Shown here in pieces: positions 53,235 to 64,000 of a stretch of 64,000 bases of DNA. Source of the DNA: Rebecca billardiae RCC1528 (lineage: Eukaryota; Protista; Haptophyta); the NCBI GenBank assembly GCA_965240325.2, contig OZ251242.1, forward strand, positions 248,001 to 312,000, written 5' to 3'. Each line of letters begins with the position of its first letter. Position 1 is the first letter of the stretch. Below the pieces are notes generated by a model. It saw only the letters and a list, made by a program, of their open reading frames with translations. It did no database searches and was not told where the DNA came from. Made by a program: the position numbers and the translations under genes.

Positions 53235-53767
53235 CACGCCCTGGTGTGGCGCACCGCACTGGCAGCCACGGCCAAACGCAACGCGAAAAATGCCGGGCGC
53301 CGCTTGCGCGGTGGTTACGCGTGCCAGCTGCCAGCAGAAGTAACCGCCCGAACTTCAAACTACCAATACAGTTATTGACACTTTACTAACTAAGAACAAG
53401 AGACGCACACTGACAGTGATCATGAGTCTCACGCAGCTCAAACAGGCGATCGATCACGTACAGTCTAAGTCCGCGCACGATCGGCGGCCGTAATGAATCG
53501 AATATGGATGCACTCGATTCGGGACACGGTCGGGGCTGCCGCATGCGTCGCGCGCGCGACGCCGCGCGGCCCGCCGCTGATCGAACGACGTCGACGACGG
53601 TTTTTGCGCGCCGCCGGGCGTAGCGTGCGACTTCTGTCGCCGGAATATCGCATTCGCGGGAGTATCCGTAGCGCGCGCCGGGGGCAGATGGCTGCTACGC
53701 AGCCCGCACCTATGCCGTCCACGCCCCTCGCAGTGCTCGGCAGAGCCCCCCCCCCTTCGCTGCGGCC

Positions 53768-54394
53768 TCAAAGCCGCTTGAGCACCGTCAGCCCGTTGTT
53801 GTTCTCAAATCGCTTCTCCAGCGCCCACTCCGACGCGTTGGCCTCCAGAAATTCGGTCACGGCGGGCCAGAGGCCCTTCTCGATCTCGGACCGCGGGTAC
53901 CCGCTCTCACGCGCCTGCCGCGCAATGTCGTGCTTACATCGGATCGATTCGCCCAGGTCTGCGTCCACCGTTGTGTCGTGCAGAAGGATCCACCGTTTGG
54001 TGCCCGGCGCGTGCGCGGCGAGCTCGCGCTTGAGGTGGGCGTAGACGTGCCACGTGTCTATGAAGAGGAGGTCGCGCTCGGGCACGGCGACCGTGGCCGA
54101 GTCGCCCTGCACGAAGCGCGCGTCCACGCCCACCTGCTTCGCCAGCGCCGCAGGCTCGTCGTACGCGCACGGTGCAATGTCGACGCCGATCAGTGAGCGT
54201 CGGCCATCGCTGCCGCGCGCGGCGAGACCGTCGAGGAGCGCCCAGGTCGATACGACGCCGCGGACGCCCATCTCGACGACTGAGTCGACGCGGCTCGCGT
54301 ACTCGCGCAGGGTGGGCAGGTGCTCGTTGATGTCGGACGGGCGCGCGCAGAGCGCCTCGTATCGCGCCTTGATCGTTCCCGCCGCCGCCGCCAT
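53768..54394 (-). CDS. Intronless class I SAM-dependent methyltransferase (Methyltransf_24-like)
   Basis: SDINEHLPTL, EMGVRGVVSTWA, DLLFIDTWHVY..LKREL, ILLHDT, GLWPAVTEFL, NNNGLTVLKR. Confidence 0.88.
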   Translation of the reverse strand: MAAAAGTIKARYEALCARPSDINEHLPTLREYASRVDSVVEMGVRGVVSTWALLDGLAARGSDGRRSLIGVDIAPCAYDEPAALAKQVGVDARFVQGDSATVAVPERDLLFIDTWHVYAHLKRELAAHAPGTKRWILLHDTTVDADLGESIRCKHDIARQARESGYPRSEIEKGLWPAVTEFLEANASEWALEKRFENNNGLTVLKRL

Positions 54395-54859
54395 TTTCGA
54401 GGCACAGCCAACACGATGCTCACCCTACGAACGAGCCCACATTCTCTCAACTCCTGACTCGCGTGACTGGTCATTGGTCAAAGACAGTGACTCTCGGTAT
54501 CCTGGGGGGTAAGCTAAGTCGCGCGGACTGTCACGTGTGACGTGTCTGGCGACTGTCCGGCGCCCGTGACACTGACCGTGTCCCGCCGACCCCCGGCCCC
54601 GGGAGCCGCCCGCGCAGGCACGAGCAGCCGGCCTGACGCCCTGAGCGCGTCGAGCCGGACCCCGGCTCCGGGGACCTCCTGGCTCCTGCGCGGGGCCCAC
54701 CGGGGGCGGACAGCACACGGTGGGTCCATGGCGCGGGCCGAAACGTATGCCCACTGCCCGCGACCACCACCCACTTCGCGGCCCCGTGCGCGGCCCTGCC
54801 CCGCCGGCCGCGCCGACAGGCGCCCAGAGGCGTCGGCGCGGGTTGGCGGTGCCTCGACC

Positions 54860-55524
54860 TCAGACTGGCAGCCGCGACTTGTTGACTAGCCGGTCGGTGA
54901 CGGAGCGGACGAAGGGCATCTGCAGCAGGTTGCCGATGACGGGCATGTTCCGCAGGAACGCGAGCACCACGGGGAAGAAATCGCCGAACAGATTGAGGAA
55001 CCCAAAGCCCTCGACGATCAGACCGAAAAAGGACCAGCCTAGAAACACCATGCAGACGCCGCCCAGGAAGCATGCCGTGCCCTTGACCTTGCGGCGCTGG
55101 AAGAAGAAGCGGCCGGTCTTTTTGAGGCCGATGATCATCGGCACGCCCGCGAGGAAGAGGAGCTGCGCGCCGCGGCGCGCGCACGCCATCGCACGCCTGC
55201 ACAGTGAGGGCGCGCGGTGGCGCGGGGCCACACGGGGGCAGGGGGCTGCACGCGTGCGCCCGGGCGCGCGCATGGGCGCGCACGTTGCCCATCGCAAGCA
55301 GCGTGCGGTCGAACAAGAAGAGGACGCCAAGCATCGTGAACAGGACCCCAACGCCCGTCAGGCCGATGCCGATCTCTGCGCGAGGTTCCGCGCGCGCACG
55401 CGCGTCGGCTCGGCTGCGAGCGACGCCGGCGCATGACGGCGGGCTCCGAGGCGCAAGCGGCGCGCGGTGGTGGGCACGGTGGGCTGTGCGTGCACGCGCA
55501 GCGCGTACTTCTCAAGTCGTCCAT
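54860..55524 (-). CDS. GOT1: Golgi transport protein Got1/GOLT1; exons 55524-55509, 55375-55284, 55162-54860
   Basis: Spliced product MDDLRKIGIGLTGVG..LGVLFLFDRTLLAMGNLLFLAG..IIG.KKT.RFFF..EGFGFLNLFGDFFP..LPV. Confidence 0.95.
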
Positions 55525-57302
55525 GATGCCGGCCGGCGCCTCGCGGCTGGCCGGCGCCGCCTCGGCCTCGCTCGGCGGCAGCGCTCCCGCCGCGAGGATG
55601 CCCGATCGCGCTGCGGCGCCAGCGGCCGCTGCACGAGCGGCTTGAACCCGGCTCTGACTTCGGAGCCTGCTTGCCGCGGGTGGACGGTTACGGTACGATG
55701 GCGGCCGCCGTCGCTCTAAACCATGCCTTTGAAGTAGGCTGATAAAGTCCTTGGTCAAGCGCTGGTGATGAAGCGGCGGGGTGAGCGGATTTGACTCCTT
55801 GGCACGCACCCTACGTCACCTGCGCTGCCACCCTGAGTCGCTCGCGCTGCACCCGCACTGCGCGCAGTCAAATTACGCAATGCTCGTCCTGATGAGCCTG
55901 CTGCTGCCGCAGCAGTCACTAGTCTAATTCATTAGCGGGCGCGGCCGGCACGCCAGCGTTGCCTCCCGATCTGAGCTCAGCCGAGCCCGATTCTGAAGCG
56001 GCGTCACCAGTCCATCGCCAGCGGCAGCTTGCGCCAGCGGTCGGGCTACTAGTGACGCATGGGCCACCGAGCTCTGAGCGGCCGCGCACTCAGTCAGCAC
56101 ACCGCGTCTCCGAGACCGGCGCAGAACGCGCGCAGCGCATGCGAGAGAGTCGTGCACTCAGTTGCAGTTTAACTCAGAATACGAGACGCACACAGCTCAG
56201 GCAGGCGAGGTCGACGCCCGCCAACTCAAACTGTCACCGCCCATGAAGCCGTCGCCTAAGTAGAATTTACTGACTATACGATGCAGTAACTAGCGCGTAC
56301 TAGGGCCGGCCGTCGGAAGCCATTCATTCAGCCGTCCGCCTGCGAGGCCACCGAGAGTGCCATGTGCTGGACAGGCGTCACCCTGCAACCGCTCGGCGGG
56401 CCGATCGGATGACCGATGAACTGTCAGGGGCAGTTGCCGCAATGATTCACTCCTGCTGAGCCTGATCATGATGCTGTGACCTTGCCATTGACTCCGCATG
56501 ATACAATCGGCGGTACTGAGTGTCATCAAGGGGGTGTCATGAGGCACAGCACTGGCACTGCAGCATGAGCAGTCAAGAGACATACAGTACGGTCTTGTGT
56601 CAGGTGATCACTGATCAGTCAGACAGTCTGCGGCCTTCGGCCGACGACGAGGAGCCACCGGACCGGGTCCGGCCTTCTCGTTCTGTTCCGCTGAACCGTA
56701 TGATTGTAGCCGAACTTCAAGCGGTGTGCCTGCAGACTGATGAGTGATAAGTAGTACGTATGAAGGAGGCAGTCCTAGCAAGCAGGCTGCTTCAGATACA
56801 AAATACTAGCAGTACCTATAATACTACTAGCCAACTACCATCCGTTGCAAGCCCCGCAGTCGACTACCCGGGCGCAGTATGGGCTAACAGGGCGGGTAAG
56901 ATGAACGGGCGGCGGGCGGCTCCGCCAGATATGACATATGTGAATCTGAATAGAGAGCACAGGCGCGGCGGCCGGCGCGTCGGGGAAAGAGCAGCATGTG
57001 AGTGGGTAGCCGGACAGGCAGGCGGCAAATGTTGGTCACTGTCCGGGTGGCGGAAAGCGCCGCTGCCGCTGCCCTATGCAAAAAGCGCCCAGCACAGGCG
57101 CGCGCTGCAGGCGCGCGCGGTCATATTGAAAAAAGCCGTGCTTGCGGGTATCCAGATACACGCACCAACCAACAATCGAGGATATCATAGTACGCCGGGA
57201 GCCCCTGGCCCACCGCGAACAAAACGAGGTCAATAGCAGGTACGCGGACTGCCCACGCGTTGCTCGGCGCGCTTGCTTGGTTGGGGCTCGGCTGCCGCGG
57301 CC

Positions 57303-57831
57303 ATGCAGAGCTGGGGTGGGTTGCGCGTGTGCAGCGCGCTGCTGCTGCTGCCACTGGTCGTCCGCGGCCAATGCAGCCTCGATGCCGTCGCCGCCGATGT
57401 CTTCGGTCCCGCATCGGCGGCCGACACCATCGAGCTGGTGGTTGGCAGCCCCGCCGGCGACACGTACACGTGCAGCGCCGACAAGGCTGGCAACTTCGTC
57501 TCGTGCGTCGTCCCCGAGGCAGGGCGCAGCCCGAAACTGAGTGGTGAGGCGCGCGTCTCCATCCCCAACGACGGAAGCACCCCGATCCTGCTCTTCTGCG
57601 ATCCAGACGAGCGCTCGAGCCACCTTTTCCAGGACAGCGCCCGCCGGCGCCTCCAGGCGCACGACGCCCGCTTCTTCTGCTCAACCTCCTCAACGGTCAC
57701 GGGTGACAAGCTGCCGTCGGACAACCCATGTGCGTACGAGCCGAGTGCCCGCCGGCAGCTGCAGACCCCCAATTTGCCGCCCCCGCCGCCGCCCTCGCCG
57801 CCGCCCTCGCCGCCGCCGCCGCCACCGCCCG

Positions 57832-57865
<34 letters not shown>

Positions 57866-57867
57866 TC

Positions 57868-57901
<34 letters not shown>

Positions 57902-57916
57902 CTCGCCGCCGCCCTC

Positions 57917-57949
<33 letters not shown>

Positions 57950-58617
57950 ACCGCCACCTTCGCCTCCTCCCTCGCCGCCGCCGCCGCCGCCGCCCTCGCC
58001 ACCACCGTCGCCGCCGCCCCTGCCCCCACCCGACTACTGCGTGGATCGTCCGCTCTTCTGCTTTGGGGTGTGTGCGCAACTGCCCTGCCTGCGCTCGGCT
58101 GGCCCCGCCCTGCCTGTGCGCCGTGTGCCCAGCGTGCCGGGCGCGTGCTTGCACTGGTGCGCCCGTTGACGCGTGCCTTCGCCCCCCCCCCGCGCCGTCC
58201 CGCCGCCGCGCCCGCCGACGTGCAGGTTGGGCGGGCCACGCGCGATGTCGTGTCGACCACGTTCTCCCGACTGCTGTGCAAGACCACCTCCCTGCTGGGC
58301 GGCGCAGCGTGCGCCCCTTGAATCAGCAGCACGGATCGAGACAATTTACCGTGATGGAGCCGGCTACTTCCTTCGCCCCGGCCGTGATCCGGCCGCAGTG
58401 GGGTCCAGGTGGAGAGATCAGTTGTCAGCCGCCTGGGTCACGCACCTGCAGGTGTGGATGGACGGGCTGCAGGACGGGGCAAGCAAGCCGCGCGCGCATT
58501 CTCCACCGCCCACCGGGCAGCGCAGCGTCTCCCAACTACTGCTACGCAGCTGATCGTCGTCAGAGGGCGGAGGGGTGTTCCGCCCGGGGGCGTGGACGCG
58601 TGCGTGTCGTGGAGTGA
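57303..58617 (+). CDS. Secreted Cys-containing protein with an extensin-like (S)PPPP tract; 3' structure unresolved, possibly decayed
   Basis: Signal peptide MQSW...LVVRG-Q, RRLQ motif twice and a Ser-Pro(n) tract at about 57777-58031. Downstream frames are broken. Confidence 0.55.
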
Positions 58618-59735
58618 GCACCGAGCGACTGCCGATTGGCCAGCAGGCAGCAGCATGCGGACAGCGCGCCGGCTACACAGTCGACCAGGCCAGCACGTCA
58701 GCCGACTGAGGCGGCGGGTGCGGCGGGCGGACGATGTCACTCGCTCGTCGCAGCGCAGTAGTGGTCGGCTGCCCAAGGCCCGACCACACGCGCGTACGCG
58801 CGAGCTGCCATGATTTCATAAATAATTATAAAGACACAGTCACAGGCCGATGGCTGAGCCTGATGGCATCCGGCATGACCTGACTCCTGAGACCGACGGC
58901 GGCCTGCCCGCGACATGGGTCCCGGCGGCGGCGGCACCCGCGGCCGCTCTGGCTGATTGGCTGATACTTCTGTCGAAGTACTGATTGGAGGCGGAGGATG
59001 TGAGCGCGCTGGCCGCGGATGAGGGAGTCGTCCGGTCCGCACTGTATTAAACTCATCAATTGATTCGTCAGAACTGTGTACAGGCAGTTCGTCGTCACTC
59101 TATAATCTATTACTACACAGACATATCGCGCGTGACTTACTAATACTGACTAGTGACTGGCTCTGATGGCTTCGTTCAGACCCTGAAATTGAATGACCCC
59201 TGCCAGAGACGGGCACCGTGAGCTCCTTCGTCATCGTGAAGTCACTCGTGAAAACTGCACAGGAGGACCCCAATGGATGATTGGATGCCTGCTTGAGATG
59301 ATCGGACTTCAGAGCGACGATTAGTGGGCTAATTCAAGCACTACTTTCTCTACAATAGTTCAGACTCTATTTTTACTACTATGCATTTACCCATAGTCAG
59401 ATTCTGGTTAGAACACGGTCCGGGAGCGATCCGGATGCACCCGCAGCTATTGAAAATAAGTATATGTCATGCCGGACTGGGTAAAAAGCTACGAAAATAG
59501 AGTCTGAAGTAGTATGGTCACAAACTGATTTTCATACCCTGGGCACTGATTGGCCATCCATAGCAACCCAGGGACACTTCGGGCGCGTTCATTCGGCCGC
59601 AGGAATGCGAATAAGATCATTTTGGTACGCCCGGTTTCTATGACCGGACTGGCAGCCTGGGTCAGCCGGAGCCAGAGCCCGGACGCTATGATAATAAGTA
59701 TGCCGAGTCCTGCTGAAGTCCATCCATGCATGAAC

Positions 59736-59934
59736 CAAGGGCCGTAAGGGCACCCAACCCCAGTGCGGAGGTTGGGGTGCCTCTGTTCTATTCATCAACA
59801 AGTTGGTTCATGAACCATGAAAAACATTTGGGAATACGGCCTTTGCATTTACCCGCCCTTTGGCCGAGAAAACAGAGGCACCCCAACCTCCGAGCGGCCG
59901 CAAGTGGGAGTTGGGTGCCCTCATACTGCCCTTG
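59736..59934. mobile_element. P-superfamily MITE (199 bp), same family as 44328-45044
   Basis: Same TIR. 7-bp TSD catgaac at 59729-35 and 59935-41. Confidence 0.9.
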
Positions 59935-61027
59935 CATGAACGGTCATCTCCTCAGCCTACTATGATGTCGTCTATATATATACGTAGCATCTGACCGAGC
60001 GAGTAGGCGGAATGGCGATTGCGGTATCATCGTCCATATCGTGCTGAGAGTGAGACCATAATTATCGCGCCTGTCGTCACTGCATGAAAAATAACGCGGA
60101 CGATGCATCAACTCGTCGCAATTAGTGACAATTACCCTAGCTAGATTAGACTGAAAGTGATACAATATGGTAGTTATGGTCGTCTGGGGCCTGCAAATGC
60201 CATCGCAGCGCGCGCCCATCCCCTCCAGCGGCCGCTGCGGGCGCCTGATGAGATGGTGGATGGAGACAGGCGGAGTGATGCGCCACGGCGGTCATGAGTC
60301 CGTGAATGAGCTGTAGTGTGCGTCTGCTCTTATTCATGGTCAACTGTATCAGAGCATGGAATGTTCTGTCCTGCTGTTCCCTCGCGGAAACAGTACAGTT
60401 CGTCACTATACTGAGAAAAAGAGACGCAGACAGCTCAGGCAGGCGAGATTCAGATTGACGCCCACCAACCATTACCAACTGTCACCGCCCACTCGTCAGA
60501 CTAGCCGTCGCCGATGGTAGCGCGCCGTCGAAAGATTCGTTCAGCCCTCCGCCTGCGAGGCCTGGATGAGGGCTGCGGCCGCCTTGCCTCGCGCCAGCGC
60601 CCGTCCGTCCCAAAACGTCGTCGTCCGACGAACTCTCCGACAGGGCGCCGATGCAACAGCGCGCCGACAGCCAGGGTAACGACAGGATTAGGATATATGT
60701 AGTATATATCACTAAGTATGCGGAATGTGGAGCCCCACTGTCGGTTGGGGAAGGTGTGTATCGTCCAGCGGCATGACTGGGGTAGCATATCACACAGAAG
60801 GCCTGCCCTCAGGTGATATGAGCTGACCCAGAATGATTGAGTGAATGTGGCAGCGTGTCGGCCTCACCGTGTATTAGCCGTTTATAATAACAGTCTTGAG
60901 CAGTGTAGTATGGGGGTACTTCAATCACAATCAGCATCATGATCACAGAATGATATCTGAGGAGAAGTTTCAAGTTCGAGGACGGACGGTGACCGGGTGT
61001 GAACGGTCGCTCGTCGCCGACGCGATA

Positions 61028-61532
61028 CAGGCAATCGCGGGCAATAAGAAGTCAGAGATCTCACGGCTAGCCTCGGTTTCTTAGCCGTTCGGTAGCCCGA
61101 GCGCCTACGGAGTCTCAGTTTCTTAGCTAGGTCCGCCCGCCGCGCAGGCGCGGGGGGCGCAGGGGGGCAGGGCCCCCCGCTGAGTCTTTAGGCCCGGCCG
61201 GCGAGGCCGACGAAAAATTTGGGCCTTTTTGGAGCAAATCTGGCATGATGTTGCATGGATGCTGCGGTGCACTGGCCAGGAGTCAGTCATCAGGAGAAGT
61301 CGGGACTTGGCCTGTACTCGTAGTCGGGCCGCGCGCCGCGTCCCCGACGGGCCGACTGCGCCTCGCCCCTCGGCGGACCACTCGTCAGCCGGGACGACGT
61401 AGTCCCGGTTTCTTAGTGTGACTATGCGTATAGCGAACCAGCCAATCGCTAGCCTCAGTTTCTAGGCCAGATCCGCAGATAGCAAGCCCCAGTTTCTTAA
61501 CGTGACAGCTCCTTATTGCCCGCGATTGCCTG
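61028..61532. mobile_element. Tc1/mariner-type MITE (505 bp)
   Basis: Perfect TIR caggcaatcgcgggcaataag with TA TSD. Internal repeats of c[a/g]gtttct(t)ag. Confidence 0.9.
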
Positions 61533-61553
61533 TAGGATGTTTTCAAAAAAGGA

Positions 61554-63152
61554 ATGGCGGGCCGTAGGTCCGCCCCTTGTAGTGCCCGGGAAAAAGATAA
61601 TAATAAGAAAACGAAAAGTGGCGGGCCGTAGGTCCGCCCCTTGTAGTGCCCGGGAAAAGATAAGAAAAGAAAAGGAAAAGAAAATCGCCTCGCAATGAAA
61701 AGAAAATCGTCTCGCTCACCACCGGGCGCCCTCGCAGCTCCCACTGGGGACGCTCGGCCGAAAAAGAGTTGCGTCATGGCGCGGAGCGCGTGGGCGGCGC
61801 GCGCCAGATCCAACACCGGCGCGGACATCGCGTGAGGACTCCCGAGACGTGTCTTCGCCCGATTCGCGATTGCTGCCCTCGTCGTCTCGCGTGCAGGTCG
61901 AACGGGGGCCAAAGTCGACGCGTTTGGAGGTACGCTCGGCGCGTCGACACGATCGTGCGACCTGGGGCGGTCCTCGCCCGACTTGCACGTCGAGCGCTCG
62001 CAAGGGCCAAAGTATCAAGCGCTGCGCACGACAACCAACTCGCGCGATTCACCGCCGCGCGTCGGGCTCGGTGCGGAAAGGCCCTCATCACGAGGTGTCT
62101 CGCGGGCGGGAAGCGCCATCGCGCGCGACGCAAGATTTGGCGCGGCCTTCTGAACTCGATCGCCGGAATCCTCGCACCGGACTGTCGTCGCTCGCGGTCC
62201 CTCAGCCGAAAGCCCACGTCCGCCTGCATGGCGTCGACGGTGACCAATGCGACGGAAGCGCAGGGCCAACGGCGTACGACGCGCAGCGGACGCACCTCCC
62301 GGGTCTGTCGCCGTGGCAGCAACCGCGTCTTCGCGAATTGGCGACCCTCGCCGCAGCGCGACGCAGACAAGCCCGTGATGCCATCCGCAGAGAGATGAAT
62401 CGTCGAGCATGCAGCATTGACGCGCCATCCTCGTCCATGGCGCAGGCGCTGCGGGACGAGGAGGAAGTCGGCACGCCGGTGACGGATGCGCTGCGATTCA
62501 TGTGCCCACGTGAGCAGCTCGTGCCCACTCTCGATCGCGAGTGGCACACGCTGTCGCTGTGCGCGCGCGCGCGCACAACCAACAGCTTCTCGTGTCGCCG
62601 AGACACGCGGGCGCCAGACCTGTCGAAGAGGCGAAGAGCGACGACCGCGTGAACGTCAACGCGCTCGTGCTCAGCGTGGCGGCCGTGTACGACGTCAACG
62701 CGACCTGCGCCGAGCCCATCATGCCCGGAGCAGACATCGGCAAGCATCCTCGCAACGACCGCTCTCGGCTGACGGCAGGAGGACATGCACATGATCTACT
62801 CTGGCGGCTTCGTCGGCGGCGAGGCGCTCGATTACGCCATCGCGGTCGAGATGCGGCACATACAGCGCGTACCCGCGCTCGCGCGGAGCAACGGGCTACC
62901 CGCCCCGCCCCGCGTGCTGCACATTCCCTCGTGGGTGTGGGCCTCGCTGATGCGCACAGACTCGTGTACTCAGTACTGACGTGCCACGCGGGAGAACTTC
63001 AGGTGTCACTGGTCCTCGCCCTCGGACTGATGTGGATCCGTCACCCACGGCCACGAGCGAATTTGGAAAGACGCGAACTCGCAGAGAAACATCGCGACAG
63101 CACTGGCACGGCCCGCCGAGGCGACCCCCCCCCGCGGGGCCCGCCCGCCAGG
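61554..63152 (+). mobile_element. Dispersed element copy B with frameshifted Ulp1-like remnant and a tandemly duplicated left end
   Basis: Homologous to 16626-19252. The hairpin unit occurs twice (61555, 61619). SGGFVGGEALDYAIAVEMRH..PRVLHIPSWVW. Confidence 0.75.
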
Positions 63153-64000
63153 GCACAGTTTGTTGGGCCGCGCGAATTTCACCGCCGCGGAAAGCCGGGG
63201 CGGATAGTCCCCCTCAGGGCACCATCAGGGCGGGGGGTTTGATGGTCGTAGATGACTCTTCTTCAGGCCTTGGCATCGCTGGGCGACTCGTATCCACCTC
63301 TCTCCAGCTCCTGTTGTCCCTGCTTCCGCATGGCCTGTGTCTGTGAAGTGTGAACTCTGTGATCGACGTGCCACCGGCCGAGACCGTGCACGGGGCATTC
63401 AAGACAAGTGCATAATGCCGTCAGGGGGAGGCCGGAGTTGTCGGTGGTGGATGTTTGCGCATCGTTCATGGAATGCCGTCAGCGCTCGCAGCTCGCATGT
63501 AGTTTCGCTCGCCGCTCCAGGGCCAGCGTCTCCGCTCCTGTGTTAGTATACCAGCCAGGCATTACGGTGATTGCTTTTTGAATTGGGATTTTTCTGCAGC
63601 TTCTGTCGTGTATGGCTCTGGAGCTCTTCCAAGGGGGTGTCTGCAAGGATCGGATGGGCTCGAGAGCTCGCGCACGCGCTGGCAGCCTCCCTCCGAAGGC
63701 TACGTGCACTGCTCGCGTTCACTCATCCAGGAGCGCAGGGTAAGAATCCGAGCAGGGCGCCCGCGCGGGCGGGCGTACGATCAAAGATCACAGCAGCGGT
63801 CGCTTGCACAAGCCAAACGACAATGGAGGTACATTACAGGCGCCAATGTGCGTAGATACCTCAAGCACGTACATGTCACACAATCCGCAACGCCACACGC
63901 GCCGTCGCGCCCGTGGTGTCCGCGTGGGCGCTCCCTCGTTGTGCGAGAGATGGCCCACGCTGGGAGCGATGGGCAGCCATCTCGCGAGCCGCGGCAACGC

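Noticed and set aside
53768-58617. Methyltransferase, GOT1 and Pro-rich protein as a glycan/secretion gene cluster
   Set aside because: Adjacency only. No shared regulatory signal, and GOT1 is a housekeeping gene.
59359-59508. Fold-back ttcagactctatttt / aaaatagagtctgaa
   Set aside because: A real 15-bp IR, but termini and TSD cannot be defined. Probably a MITE relic.

Overview
GC-rich eukaryotic genomic DNA. Genes have short spliceosomal introns with G[T/C]RCGC donors and CAG acceptors, and several proteins carry bipartite plastid-targeting peptides. This fits a haptophyte-type alga such as Pavlovales (inference, not verified). About 17 protein genes are present: a tandem MYC_N/GAF-like protein, an ARM/coiled-coil protein, an unrecognised acidic-repeat protein, a two-pore channel with 8 EF-hands, an F-box/RCC1 protein, three tandem exon-modular LRR genes, a double PAP-fibrillin, a TPR-methyltransferase, THI4, an acyltransferase-3, a plastid membrane protein, a MATCAP/DUF1704 peptidase, an intronless virus-like methyltransferase, GOT1 and a Pro-rich secreted protein. 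Intergenic space is packed with non-autonomous DNA transposons, several nested, with readable TIRs and TSDs (Harbinger-like, Tc1/mariner, P, hAT-like, Ulp1-carrying Helentron-like). The best candidate for an undescribed system is the 19.5-27.9 kb LRR array. It has one LRR per symmetric phase-2 exon, in-frame hypervariable loops at the exon starts, and a middle copy made by unequal crossover. No rRNA, tRNA or CRISPR array was recognised.
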